From an uncultured delta proteobacterium (GTDB taxonomy: Bacteria > Myxococcota_A > Polyangia > Polyangiales > Polyangiaceae): 64,000 nucleotides of DNA. A program made the translations under genes and the position numbers. A model generated the notes under the pieces. That model had not been told where the DNA came from. It made no database searches and saw only the letters and a program-made list of their open reading frames with translations. The stretch spans positions 192,001-256,000 of the forward strand of contig CAWKKR010000005.1 of NCBI GenBank assembly GCA_963850305.1. The letters are read 5' to 3'. Positions 38,552 through 49,762 of this stretch are shown piece after piece; the first letter of the stretch is position 1, and every line of letters starts with the position of its first letter.

Positions 38552-39409
38552 ATGGACGCGCCGTCTCCCCGCAAGGAAATCCTCGTCGACGAGCCTGGCG
38601 CGACCGACCGCGGGCCAGGTGCTGCGGGGTGGATCACACCAGCGGTGCTGTTCGCCGGTGTGCTGCTCACGCTCCTCTTGTGGCGCGGAGGACTGCACTT
38701 CCTCTTCCTGCCCATCATTCTTCCCTTCGGCCTGGGCGGTGGAAGACTCTTCCGGCGGTTGCTCGCGCCCTTCCGGCGACGCTTCCTCCGGTTCGAGTCG
38801 GGCGTCGTCTCCCTGGTGCGTCGCGGGCTCTGGGGCGATGTGATCGTTGGCAGTATCGCCGCGGGTTCGGGTCTCTTCGTCGCTGTCGTGCCGTCGCGAA
38901 CATGGGTGGGCGGCGTCGCGCGTGTCGACGTCCGTATCGTCGGCGCGGACGGAGCCCTCGTCGTTTCCGTCGACGGCTCGGAGGCGGCGCGCCGCCTCCG
39001 AGAGGAAGTTACGACGCTGCTCACCGAAACCGGCGTTCACCACGAGGACGCCGGTGCGCCTCTCCAGGGTGCAATCGAACGTCTGCCCGCGGAGGACGAA
39101 ACGGTGCTCGAATGGCGCTCCCGCGGCGGACCTTTCAGCGGTGCGCGCACGACGCGCTTGGTGCTGGGCTCGAAGGGTTGGTCGCTGCGGATTTCTTCCG
39201 GCGGGCGCACCCTGGCGTCGACCGGAGGCCCGGGTCGACTGACGGCCGAGCTCGTCGAGACCAGCGACCCAGACCCGTTCGGCACGGGGATCTCGGAGCA
39301 AGGATGGGCCCTCACGCTCCGCGCGGACGGGGAAACCGTGGCCACCATCGGCACTGACCTCTCCGAACCCGAGCTGCGGTTCATCGGGGCTCGCCTCGAC
39401 GCAGTCTGA
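38552..39409 (+). CDS. Hypothetical membrane protein
   Basis: Two N-terminal hydrophobic segments; fills the space between gatC and the kinase genes. Confidence 0.65.
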   Translation: MDAPSPRKEILVDEPGATDRGPGAAGWITPAVLFAGVLLTLLLWRGGLHFLFLPIILPFGLGGGRLFRRLLAPFRRRFLRFESGVVSLVRRGLWGDVIVGSIAAGSGLFVAVVPSRTWVGGVARVDVRIVGADGALVVSVDGSEAARRLREEVTTLLTETGVHHEDAGAPLQGAIERLPAEDETVLEWRSRGGPFSGARTTRLVLGSKGWSLRISSGGRTLASTGGPGRLTAELVETSDPDPFGTGISEQGWALTLRADGETVATIGTDLSEPELRFIGARLDAV

Positions 39410-39488
39410 CGAGAAGTCGCAACCTGGGGTGAGCGCCGCCCGATGTCGCCGCAAGCGGCGCGTGACGCGCCCGTACCGAGGGAGCGTC

Positions 39489-40827
39489 GTGCCGCCGTCA
39501 GAACCGCCTCGAACGTCGCCGGGAATGGTCTGCTCCGCGCGACCGCCGCCCAGTTACGAGCTTGGTCCCGTCGTCGGCACGACCCCCGTTCTTCACGTTC
39601 GCGACGGGATTCGTCGCGGCGCTCGTGACTTTCGACGGCCCGTTTCCATCCTCACGGTCCGGCCGGACATTCCCGATCGACGGGCTCAGGCGGTCGAGTT
39701 CACGGAAGCCGCGGCCGCATTTGCGAGACTGCGCGACCCGTCGCTGCTCAGAATCGATGACCTCGCGGAGTCGTCCGCCGGAGCCCTGGTCGTCACCGGC
39801 CCGCTCACGGGCACGACGCTCGGCCGGTACCTGGCGCGCCCGCGGGCATCGGGGCCGACGCCCCTGGGCATCGCATCTTCCATCGTCAGCCGCATCGCGG
39901 AAGGCGTGGAGCTCCTTCGGTCCACGCGCTCGTGTTCGCTGTGCAATCTCGGTCCGGATTCGATTTGGATGACCGCAGAGGGCGGCGTGTTCTTGTTGCC
40001 CACGGCGGCATGCGCGCCCCGTCGGCTCGGGTCGAACACGGACGATTCGCCGTCGCGCTACCTCCCTCCTGAAGTCGTGCAGGGAAGAGTCGGCGACCCA
40101 CGTTCGGAGGCCTATACCCTCGCGCTGCTCTTCTGGGACCTCGTCTCGCTCGGGCGACATCCGGACCGCGGGCGCGAGGGGAAGCGTACGAGCGCGCGCG
40201 CGATCGATGCCAGCGTCGTCGCGCTCGTACTACGCGCGCTATCGTCCGACCCCGCGGAGCGACCGGCGAACGCCGAGGTGTTTCGCCGAGAGCTCGCCTT
40301 TACCGTGGCAGCGGGCTTCGCGCGACGGGGACAATCGCTACCGGAGCTCGGATCGGTGCCAGGAGCTTCGTCCCGCCTCGCCCACGGGGCGAGGCGAAAC
40401 ACGGGGTCGTCCCAGGGCGTGAGGAACGAAGAGCCGACGGTCGAGGTCCTGCCGTTCGAGGTGGAACCCCTGGACGGCTTGGACTCGTCCGATCCCCACA
40501 CCGTTCGCCTCCGTGACGGAGGTGAGTCTTCGCCCCGACGCTTGCGGGTCACGCGCGGCGTTGCCGCCCCGCGCGAGCTCTCGCTCGACCGCCGGCGCTC
40601 GAAATGGATCGTGGGTCGCGGACGCGACGCGGATCTCGTCGTCTCCGATCCGGACGTGTCTCGGGAGCATTTCGTCGTCGAGCGCGACACGGACGGGTCG
40701 CTCCGGGTCACGGATTCTCGGGAGCAAGAACCGTCTGTTCGTCAATGCGGCTCCGTGCCAGAGCCGCACCGTTCGTCCCGGCGACGACGTGCTCGTCGGC
40801 GCGACGCGCCTGAGGTTCGAGACGTGA
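39489..40827 (+). CDS. Pseudokinase + FHA-domain protein (apparent frameshift at ~40716)
   Basis: Degenerate kinase (CNLGPDSIW, RYLPPE, DPRSEAYTLA, ALSSDPAERP). FHA: IVGRGRDAD, DVSREH, then D-LGSKN...PGDDVLVG in the shifted frame. Confidence 0.75.
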
Positions 40828-40937
40828 CGGCCGGAGACCGTCTCGGGTCGACCGATCACGAACGCGGACTTCCCTCGACCTCCGGCCGGCACGCCGATAT
40901 GCTCGCCCTCGTTCCGCGGAGGCGGGACCGGGGATTC

Positions 40938-42608
40938 ATGATTGCTCAGCGAGAGTTCTCCGACGGCGACGTCATCGCCGGCACCCGGTACCGCATCGCC
41001 TCTCTGATCGGATCCGGCGGCATGGGCTCCGTGTACGAGGTTGAGCACGTCGAACTCGGCAAACGCTTCGTTTTGAAGGCCCTCCTACGGAATCTGGCGA
41101 ATCGGGAGGATCTCGTGCAGCGGTTGCGCAACGAGTGGCGCGCCCTCGGCAAGCTCGAGCACCCGAACATCGTGAGCGTCACGGATGCGGGGGTCACGGA
41201 CGCGGGCGTTCCCTTTTACGTGATGGAACGGCTCCAGGGAGAGACGCTCTCCTCGCGCCTGCGTCGCGAGGGTCGTTTGCCGCTGAATGAGGCGCTGAGC
41301 GTCGCCGCCGACGTGCTGGACGGGCTGCATGCCGCACATCGGATCGGTGTCGTCCACCGCGACGTGAAACCGCCCAATGTCTTTCTTCTCTCGAATCGAC
41401 CGGCGAAGCTCCTGGATTTTGGCATCGCCAAGATGCTCGACCCGAAGGCGTCGCAGATCACGGGCAAGGGGATCGCCATCGGGACGCCTCGTTACATGGC
41501 TCCCGAGCAAGCCACCGGGGAAACGGTGGACGCGAGAACGGACATCTACGCGACGGGCCTCATCTTGTTCGAAATGATCGCAGGCGTGGGCCCCTTCGAT
41601 TCGGCGCGCGATTCGAACGAACTCTTTCTCGCGCATCTGGCCAAATCCGCTCCGGTACTCTCGAGCGTTGCGGTCGGCGTCTCACCCGAAATCGATCATT
41701 GGCTCGCGCTTCTGCTGGCAAAGAGGCCAGCTGATCGTCCTTCGAGCGCCGCGGACGTCGCGGCCGCATTTCGTAAGCTCGCCGCGCCTATCGCCAGGAA
41801 GGATGACGTCCCGCTCGCGGCCATTTCAGAGGAGCAGACGTGTGCAGGGGGGCCGTTCGACACGATCGAAGGGGCGGCCACGGTGCCCAGCACGCGGCCC
41901 GAGCCGGTGACCCGAACCGGAATCGGGCCCATCCCGGCGGTGCCCGGCTCCGTCGCGCGGGAGGAGAAAACGGAGGCGTGCTCGCCGCCTGCGGCGATGA
42001 GCGTCGCGCTCGTCACCCATACCGGTGAGACCCTCCGTCTCGAAGTGGTGGATGTGGACGAGGCTGTAACGCACACCGCCTCGCCGGCCGGCCCCGGAAC
42101 GCCGCCGCCCGTGTCCTCCGGCGCGTCGAGCACACCGGACGAGCCGGATACCGCTCGCCCGCGCTTGGCGAGGGTCGCCATTGCCGTAGCTACGGCAACG
42201 GTGCTGGTCGGACTTTCCTGGCATCAGCGGGCCGCGTGGTTCAACGCTCCCCGGGTGGCTGGCGGGGAGGCTACGGAGCCTTTTGTTCCCCCGGGCAAGT
42301 CCACGCCGCTGGCCCTCCCGGTGGCGTCCGCGATGTTGAGCGCGAGCCCCTCCCTGGCGGAACCGGCCCGTCCGCGGGGCGCATCTGCCGGTGCACACGA
42401 ACCGAAACACGCAGGCGGCCCTCCGCTAGCAGGCGCAGCAGCCGCAGACGGGCCCCGGCCGCGCTCGGGAGTCGTCGGTGGACGCGTTTCGGGCTCAACG
42501 GAACCATCCGCGCCGAAAAGGGCGGAGAGCGTGCATCCTCCGAAACCCATCGAGGGATCGCGTAGCCACTCACTTTCGGCCGAGGAACTGCCAGGATCCG
42601 GGCTCTGA
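40938..42608 (+). CDS. Membrane-anchored Ser/Thr protein kinase (Pkn2-type)
   Basis: GSGGMGSVY, VLK, HRDVKPPN, DFG, GTPRYMAPE, TDIY; TM near the C-terminus and Pro/Ala-rich tail. Confidence 0.95.
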   Translation: MIAQREFSDGDVIAGTRYRIASLIGSGGMGSVYEVEHVELGKRFVLKALLRNLANREDLVQRLRNEWRALGKLEHPNIVSVTDAGVTDAGVPFYVMERLQGETLSSRLRREGRLPLNEALSVAADVLDGLHAAHRIGVVHRDVKPPNVFLLSNRPAKLLDFGIAKMLDPKASQITGKGIAIGTPRYMAPEQATGETVDARTDIYATGLILFEMIAGVGPFDSARDSNELFLAHLAKSAPVLSSVAVGVSPEIDHWLALLLAKRPADRPSSAADVAAAFRKLAAPIARKDDVPLAAISEEQTCAGGPFDTIEGAATVPSTRPEPVTRTGIGPIPAVPGSVAREEKTEACSPPAAMSVALVTHTGETLRLEVVDVDEAVTHTASPAGPGTPPPVSSGASSTPDEPDTARPRLARVAIAVATATVLVGLSWHQRAAWFNAPRVAGGEATEPFVPPGKSTPLALPVASAMLSASPSLAEPARPRGASAGAHEPKHAGGPPLAGAAAADGPRPRSGVVGGRVSGSTEPSAPKRAESVHPPKPIEGSRSHSLSAEELPGSGL

Positions 42609-42625
42609 CAGGCGCGGGAATGCCC

Positions 42626-42654
42626 TGGACGACCGAGCCCTCTTGCCGTAGGTT
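42626..42654 (+). promoter_or_regulatory. Putative promoter of rpsB-tsf
   Basis: TGGACG-17 bp-TAGGTT upstream of the leader; same -10 hexamer as the rpmB candidate. Confidence 0.45.
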
Positions 42655-42671
42655 CCCGGCCCCCTAAACAA

Positions 42672-42760
42672 CGACACACGTCCCGCGCGCGAACGTCCGG
42701 GTCCGGTGCTTGCTCGTGATGAGCGAGTTGGTCCGGCGGCGGGGCGGAGGAAGAACCGAA
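42672..42760 (+). ncRNA. t44 / rpsB (S2) leader RNA
   Basis: ACACAC...GGTGC...hairpin (tgctcgtgatgagcg)...GGAGG..AACC directly upstream of rpsB, the hallmarks of t44. Confidence 0.7.
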
Positions 42761-42773
42761 AAAGGAGAGCGCC

Positions 42774-43655
42774 ATGTCCGAAAATTTCGTCCAGCAGAAC
42801 GTCGAGCCTCGACCGGATACCCAAGCCCTCCTGGCAAACCCCACGCCGGGACAATCGAGCTCCCGCCCGCTGTGCAGCCCCGACGAGCCGCTCACGGTCC
42901 GAGATCTGTTCGACGCGGGCGTCCACTTCGGTCACCAGACCAAGCGCTGGAATCCGAAGATGCGCCCGTACATCTACGGCGCTCGCAACGGTGTTCACAT
43001 CGTCGACCTCGATCAGAGTGCTCGCCTGCTGAAGCGCGCCTTTGGGTTCATCGTGGAGACCGTCGGCCGGGGTGGTCACGTGCTCTTCGTCGGGACGAAG
43101 CGGCAGGCCCAGGACATCGTGCGCGAAGAAGCGCAACGAGCGCAGATGTATTTCGTCATCAACCGCTGGCTCGGCGGCACCCTGACGAATTTTCGGACCA
43201 TCAAGGGCGGCCTCGAGCGCCTCCGCGGTCTCGAGAGGATGCGGGACGACGGCACCTACGAGCAGCTGCCCAAGAAGGAAATCTCGCAGCTCGAGAAGGA
43301 GCGCGCCCGGCTCGAGAAATACATCGGCGGGCTCAAGGGGATGGGCTCTCATCCGGCCGCCGTTTTCATCGTCGACCCCGCCAACGAAACGATTGCGGTT
43401 TCCGAGGCACGGCGCATCGGCGTCCCCATCGTGGCGATCACGGACACGAATTGCGACCCCGACGTCATAGACTATCCCATCCCCGGAAATGACGACGCCA
43501 TCCGTTCGATTCGCTTGATCACGAGCGCGGTCGCGGACGCCTGCCTTCATGGCATCGCGCGACGCAAGGACATCAGCGCGAACCGCGAACGAGAGGGCGG
43601 CGGGCCGCGGCAGCCGGAACCCATGGTTTATCAATCGCGCGGCCGCGGAGCCTGA
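42774..43655 (+). CDS. rpsB: 30S ribosomal protein S2
   Basis: [51 protein letters not shown]. Confidence 0.98.
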   Translation: MSENFVQQNVEPRPDTQALLANPTPGQSSSRPLCSPDEPLTVRDLFDAGVHFGHQTKRWNPKMRPYIYGARNGVHIVDLDQSARLLKRAFGFIVETVGRGGHVLFVGTKRQAQDIVREEAQRAQMYFVINRWLGGTLTNFRTIKGGLERLRGLERMRDDGTYEQLPKKEISQLEKERARLEKYIGGLKGMGSHPAAVFIVDPANETIAVSEARRIGVPIVAITDTNCDPDVIDYPIPGNDDAIRSIRLITSAVADACLHGIARRKDISANREREGGGPRQPEPMVYQSRGRGA

Positions 43656-43665
43656 GGAGACGCAG

Positions 43666-44604
43666 ATGAGTCAGGTCAGCATGCAGCAGGTCAAGGAGCT
43701 CCGCGATCGAACCCAGGCGGGCCTCAACGACTGCAAGTCCGCTCTCGTCGAAGCCGCGGGGGACATGGAAAAGGCCGTCGAGGTCATCTTGAAGAAGGGG
43801 CTCGCGAAAAGCGCGAAGCGGGCCGGCGCCGTCGCGACCGAGGGCGAGGTCGCCGTTCACGTCGCGCCGGACGGCAAGAGCGCCGTCATCGTGGAAGTGA
43901 ACATCCAGACGGACTTCGCCGCGCGCAACGACGATTTCAAGATGTTCGTCCAGGCGGCGTTGACCGCGGCCGGCAAGGCGAAGGCGGGAGCGGATCTCGG
44001 AGCCGAATCGTACCCGGGCGGGCAGGGAACCGTCGAAGAGAACCGCCAGGCGCTCGTCGGCAAGCTCGGTGAAAACGTCACCGTGCGCCGCTGGGCGCGT
44101 CTCAACGTCGATGGTCCCGGCATCGTCCAGTCATACGTCCACATGGGCGGCAAGATCGGCGTGCTCCTGGCCGCCAGGGCGAGCGCGGCGGACGTGTTTG
44201 GCAAGCCCGGGGTCAAGAAGTTCCTCGAGGACAGTGCGATGCAGATCGCCGCGATGGCGCCGCTCCATCTGGGCGGCAGCGAGGTTCCGGAACCCGAGCG
44301 AGCGAAGCAGGCCGAAATCTTCGAGGCGCAGATGCGCGAAATGGACAAGCCGCCGCCCGAGAAGCAGTGGCCCAAGATCATCGAGGGCAAGGTCCAGAAG
44401 TGGGTGAAGGAAATCACCCTGCTCGAGCAGCCCAGCGTGATCGAGAGCGACAAGTCCGTCGACGAGGTCCGTGCTGCGGTTGCCAAGGCCGCGGGCGGAA
44501 CCATCGACCTGGTGCAGTTCATCCGCTACGAGCGCGGCGAAGGCGTCGAGGTGAAGAAGGGCGCGGACTTCGCCGACGAGGTCGCGAAGATGGCAGGGAA
44601 TTGA
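43666..44604 (+). CDS. tsf: Elongation factor Ts
   Basis: VKELRDRTQAG..DCKSAL, EVNIQTDFAA, GKIGVL, FADEVA. Confidence 0.97.
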   Translation: MSQVSMQQVKELRDRTQAGLNDCKSALVEAAGDMEKAVEVILKKGLAKSAKRAGAVATEGEVAVHVAPDGKSAVIVEVNIQTDFAARNDDFKMFVQAALTAAGKAKAGADLGAESYPGGQGTVEENRQALVGKLGENVTVRRWARLNVDGPGIVQSYVHMGGKIGVLLAARASAADVFGKPGVKKFLEDSAMQIAAMAPLHLGGSEVPEPERAKQAEIFEAQMREMDKPPPEKQWPKIIEGKVQKWVKEITLLEQPSVIESDKSVDEVRAAVAKAAGGTIDLVQFIRYERGEGVEVKKGADFADEVAKMAGN

Positions 44605-44645
44605 AGTAGGTTCTCTGCGGTCTCCAAACACCAGGGTTCCTCCGA

Positions 44646-45947
44646 ATGCAGACACTCGCCGACAAGCTGGCCGCGAAATCCGCGCGAGTCGTGGTCATGG
44701 GCATCGGGTACGTGGGGCTGCCGCTCGTCGCGGAGTTTGCCCGAGCCGGCTTCCGTGTGACGGGTTTCGACAAGGACGAGCGCAAGGTGCTCGCGCTCAA
44801 TGCGGGTGAGTCGTACATCCAGGACGTCCCATCGGGAGACCTTTTGCCCCACGTGCGGGAAGGCCGTCTGGACGCGACGACGGATCCCAAGGTGCTCGCA
44901 GAAGCCGACGCCGTGATCGTCTGCGTCCCGACCCCCCTGAACAAGACGAAGGACCCGGACATGCGGTTCATCGTCGATGCGACCGAAGAGATCGCCCGGC
45001 ACCAGCACGCGGGCATGGTCATCGTGCTCGAATCCACCACGTACCCCGGCACCACGACCGAGGTGCTGGTCCCGAAGCTCACGGAGAACGGCTTCGAGCT
45101 CGGGAAGGACGTCTTCGTGGCGTTCTCGCCGGAGCGAGTGGACCCGGGAAACGCGGTCTACAAGACCAGGAACACGCCGAAGGTCATCGGGGGCGCCACG
45201 CCGACGTGCCTCGAGCATGCGGTCCGGCTCTATTCACACATCATCGAGAGAGTCGTACCGGTCTCGTCCACCGAGGCCGCCGAGATGGTGAAGCTCCTCG
45301 AGAACACGTTCCGCGCCGTCAATATCGGGCTCGTGAACGAGCTGGCGATCATGAGCCGGCGGCTCGGCATCGACGCCTTCGAGGTCATCCGCGCGGCGGC
45401 CACCAAGCCGTTTGGCTTCATGCCGTTCTATCCGGGTCCGGGGCTCGGCGGGCATTGCATCCCCATCGACCCGCTGTACCTCTCGTGGAAGCTTCGTACT
45501 CTCAAATACCAGGCGCGGTTCATAGAGCTCGCCGACTCGATCAACAGCGCCATGCCGGATTACGTGATCGAGCGCGTTGCCGACACGCTCAACGAGGTCG
45601 GCAAGGCCGTCCGCGGCTCCCGCGTCCTCGTGTACGGCATCGCGTACAAGAAGGACGTCACGGATGTCCGCGAATCGCCGGCCTTCGACGTGATCCTCGG
45701 GCTCGAGCGGCGCGGGGCGGTGGTGTCGTACATGGACCCGCACGTTCCAGAGGTGAGCGAGCACGGCCTTTCGATGCGCGCGGTCGACCCAGCCTCGAGC
45801 TTCGCACTCTACGACGTCGTGGTCGTCGTGACGGATCACGCTTCCCTCGACCGTGAGAGGCTGCTCCGGGAGGCCCCGTTCGTCGTGGACACCAGAGACG
45901 CACTGCGGGGCACGGCCGGCGATCACAGGACCGTTCGAACGCTTTAA
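44646..45947 (+). CDS. Nucleotide-sugar (UDP-GlcNAc-type) 6-dehydrogenase, WbpA/WecC family
   Basis: [59 protein letters not shown]. Confidence 0.95.
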   Translation: MQTLADKLAAKSARVVVMGIGYVGLPLVAEFARAGFRVTGFDKDERKVLALNAGESYIQDVPSGDLLPHVREGRLDATTDPKVLAEADAVIVCVPTPLNKTKDPDMRFIVDATEEIARHQHAGMVIVLESTTYPGTTTEVLVPKLTENGFELGKDVFVAFSPERVDPGNAVYKTRNTPKVIGGATPTCLEHAVRLYSHIIERVVPVSSTEAAEMVKLLENTFRAVNIGLVNELAIMSRRLGIDAFEVIRAAATKPFGFMPFYPGPGLGGHCIPIDPLYLSWKLRTLKYQARFIELADSINSAMPDYVIERVADTLNEVGKAVRGSRVLVYGIAYKKDVTDVRESPAFDVILGLERRGAVVSYMDPHVPEVSEHGLSMRAVDPASSFALYDVVVVVTDHASLDRERLLREAPFVVDTRDALRGTAGDHRTVRTL

Positions 45948-45972
45948 CCACGAGCGAGGTCGGGTAGATCGA

Positions 45973-46506
45973 ATGTCTCGAGGGTTCGTGCTCTGGTTCA
46001 CGGGTTTGAGCGGTTCGGGCAAGAGCACCCTATCGAAGATGGTTCGCGCGGAGCTCGAGAACCGCGGCGTGCACGTCGAGTTGCTCGACGGTGACGAGAT
46101 CCGGACGCACCTGTCGAAGGGGCTCGGGTTCTCCCGTGAAGATCGCGACGAAAACATCCGGCGCATCGGGTTCGTGGCGAAGCTCGTCGAACGATGCGGC
46201 GCGTGCGCCATCACGGCGGCAATCAGCCCGTACCTGTCGGTGCGGGAGGAGGTCAGAAAGTCGGTCGTGAACTTCGTGGAGGTGTACACGGAGTGCCCGA
46301 TCGCCGTGCTCGCCGCGCGCGACCCCAAGGGCCTCTACAAGCGCGCGATGGCCGGCGAGATCAAGAACTTCACGGGCATCACCGATCCGTACGAGGTCCC
46401 GGATGCGCCAGCCGTACACCTCCGGACGGATCTCGAGACGAAAGAGGAAAGCCTCGCAAAGATCCTCGCGCGCCTGGAGGAGCTCGGGTTCGTGCGCAGG
46501 CGGTGA
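45973..46506 (+). CDS. cysC: Adenylyl-sulfate kinase
   Basis: [46 protein letters not shown]. Confidence 0.96.
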   Translation: MSRGFVLWFTGLSGSGKSTLSKMVRAELENRGVHVELLDGDEIRTHLSKGLGFSREDRDENIRRIGFVAKLVERCGACAITAAISPYLSVREEVRKSVVNFVEVYTECPIAVLAARDPKGLYKRAMAGEIKNFTGITDPYEVPDAPAVHLRTDLETKEESLAKILARLEELGFVRRR

Positions 46507-46580
46507 ACGGCCCGACCACCGACCGCCACCAAAGAGTCCCTTCGGCCTTCGCGATGCAGCAGGAATCCCCGGGAATCACC

Positions 46581-49500
46581 ATGACTTTTTGCTCGACTAC
46601 GCTGACGTGTCTGGTTGGCATGGCGGCGATCGCGGCGGCGGTGAGCGTGAGCTCGTGCTCCCGAAGACATCGGAGCGGCGCCGCGGCCCCGCTCATCGGG
46701 ACCCGCGCCGGAGCCATCACCGATCCGACACGGCAACGACCCCCCGATCCGTGGCCGGGACCGAAGGGCTGGTACGAGTTTCACGAAGCCGAGTCCATGG
46801 CTTTCGATTCGCGCCACTGGCACGTCGTGGAGGCGCTGGATGGCTCGCGGGATCACAAGCTTGCATCGGGCGGCAAGGTCATCGAGTGGATTGGCAAAGA
46901 GCCGGGGGACGCGGTGGCGAACGTCGATGTGCCCGCCGATGGGACGTACCTGCTGGCAATCCGGGTGGGAGCGCCCCTGAAGGGAAAGCCGCCATCCCAG
47001 TCCCTGGACGTTACCGTCAGGCAAGGGGACTCGGTCGAATACCACTGGCCTCTGGAGCAGACGGTTCCGAAAGACAAGGAGCTGTTCTGGTCCTGGTTCC
47101 AGTGGGTCACGACCCGAGTGCCCCTCAAGGCAGGACGAAATACGGTGACGCTCCGACGCGGCGATGGCGTCACCGATGACCAGAATCAGCAGAAAGTGGA
47201 CTGCCTGTTGCTCACGGAGGATCTCTCCTATGAGCCGGACCACCGGGACTTCGCGCCCCAGCTCTATGCGCGCTTCACGGTCCGGAATGCGCCGAAGCCG
47301 GTTGCTTTGGCTCATCAGCTCACCACCGGTCGGGTCCGAAGGGCGCCCTTCACGCCTCGACTGGCGCCGGGCCAGTCGACGGCGTGGCTCAACATCACGA
47401 GATTCTTCACCGGAGGAGGCAACGATCGTCTCGACTTGACCACGGCGCCCGTGGTGAACGAGGCGGATTATGTCGTCGATTTTGCGACGGCTCCATCCGA
47501 CGCGGACATCTTCAAGGCCGTGAACCGCACGGGACCGGGCGCGGATGTGCAAATCGTGGTTCCGGCGGACGGATCGCCGCCGATGGCCGACTTCGAGCTT
47601 GCTCGCCAGCGCGCCGAGCTCGCGGCGCGCCTGCCCCCCGTCACGTTTGGACGGCGCCCGACGAAGTTTCCCGTGCTCACCGGCCTGGATATCGCCCCGA
47701 ACGTGCGAACCGACGAGATGAGGGTAATGGACTACGTGGGGATCAACGGCCGGACGGGTCTCCTCGACGCCGTGGACCTCGCCCACGGGCTCGTCCAGTC
47801 GAGACTCTACAATGTCGTTTACTACGTGGGGCCGCACGGCCATCTCGACCCCGACGTCGCAGCGGAGAAGAAGGACCTCGAGCAAGGGGGCCGCATCGCC
47901 GCGGCCTCGCCGAACGCCAACCGCGTGCAGCACCTCAAGCTCATCGACGAGGCTTCCGCCTGGAAGCTCGAGAAACTCGCCGCAGATGACGTCGCGCAGC
48001 AGGCCTTCCGAACGTGGCTGCGGAAACAATCACTTCGATCCGTTTTCGCCCGAGGACCGCGCGCGGCTGGGTCCCGGGGGTGTCGACGCGGCCACCCGCC
48101 TCGTCGCGGACCGGTCGACGGACCTACCGGGACTCTATTACTACGGCCAGCGCTTCAGAGCGTCGACCATCGTCGACTTCTTCCGCCGGCTCACGACGCT
48201 CGCGCACGAGGCCTATCCTCCGGGATCCGAACGACGCAGAACTTCAGTGATGGGGCGGTGCTGGGTCCGGACCTCTACTTCCAGGGAAACGACTACTTCG
48301 ACTATTTCAAGAACGATGCTCTCGACGTGGCCCTGAGCGAGGACTGGACGGACGGCGGAGCCACGCGCGAGCTCGCCGGGTGGAACGTTGCGTTGCTCCG
48401 GGCGGCGACCCTCGCCAAGGGTCAGCCAATCCACATGTATGTCATCGCGTACTCCGGCAGGCGCCCGGTGGAGCTCGAGATCAAGGGCATCGAGGAGATC
48501 TCCGAGGGCGCGAAGCTCCTGTATCATCTACGACTACATGCCCAAGTACCTCGAGCAGACCCCGGGCTGGGCGGAGACCCCGATCATGTTTCCGACCATC
48601 GCCGAGCTCACCCATGAAATCGGGGCGGCGGAGGACGTCCTCGTCAGCGCGATGCCCCGGCACGCCGAGACGGCCATTTACTATTCCATCCCCGCCGACA
48701 TCTGGACGACCGGGTTCGACTCCGCGCGCGGATTCGAGCGGATGTACACTTACCTGGCTCTCCGGCACTCCCAGATCCCCGTCGACATCGTCAGCGACGA
48801 GCAGGCGCGCGGGGGCGCGCTCGGAGGGTACAAGGTCGTCTACCTTCCCTCCGAACAAGTCGACCGGCGGGACATTGCCGTGCTCGCGGCGTGGGTCAAC
48901 GCGGGCGGGTACGCTAGTGCTCGGACCAGGGGCAGGGGCGCGCGACGAATGGAATCGCCCGAACCCCGCACTCGATCAGGCACTTCGGTTGCCCCGTCAC
49001 GACGTCGAGGTCCTGGAAACCCTGAAGAGGGCGAGCGCCCTTTTTTGCACGACGGTCAAACCGCAGGGCACCGTCCAGCTCCTCACCTCGAGCGCGGGCG
49101 GAGCGGAACACCCGACGGGCGACGCGACGATCGTATCGGCGCGGCAGACGTTCACGCCTTCGCCCGACGCCACGGTGCTCGCGCGGTTCCAGGACTCAAA
49201 GGAGCCCGCGGCTGTCGCGATCCCGCGCGGGAAGGGAAGGGTCGTCCTGGAAGGCTTCTTTCCGGCGCTCGACTACGGCTGCGAGGCGTACCGGTCGTGG
49301 AAGGACCACGACAGCACGGAAATGGTCGCACCGATCGACATCCTTGCGAGAGCGGAGTCCGTGCTGGACCCGGCTCATCCGAAGCCGGAATCGGTGCGCA
49401 TGAGCCGGGCGGACGAGATGGGAGTCCTGCCGTTTCGCTACCCCGCGGCGCTTCGCGACTTCATCGTGGCGCCGGCCCTGAGTGCTCACGTGTCTCGACC

Positions 49501-49750
49501 GGCGGCCGCGTCGCAGCCCGAAGTCGTGGACGCGTTCCTCGAGGGCAAGGACGGGTGGGCGGTGCCCCTCGCGAACGTCTCCGGCAGTCCCATCGAGAAG
49601 CTCGACGTCGTGCTGTCCCCGGGCCGCCCCACGGCGGGCGTGTTCTCTTCCCGCCGCGGCAAGCTCGTGGCGCGAGCGCTTCCGGGAAAGGCGCTGCAGG
49701 TGTCGTTGCCGCTGGAATCGACGGACATCCTGTACGGCACCTGGAAGTGA
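46581..49750 (+). CDS. Large putative lipoprotein, CBM-like N-terminus + GH42-like / beta-galactosidase trimerisation-like region (about 4 apparent frameshifts)
   Basis: Lipobox VSSC; HEAES...GTY..LKAGRNT...VDCLLLT (CBM-like); [38 protein letters not shown] (trimerisation-like). Frames join at ~48027, ~48222, ~48525 and ~48909. Confidence 0.65.
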
Positions 49751-49762
49751 ATGCGTCCGGGC

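Noticed and set aside
39429..42608. 1059-aa ORF suggesting a pseudokinase-FHA-kinase fusion
   Set aside because: The FHA domain finishes in another frame with a stop at 40827; one extra base at ~40716 creates the read-through, so two genes are more likely.
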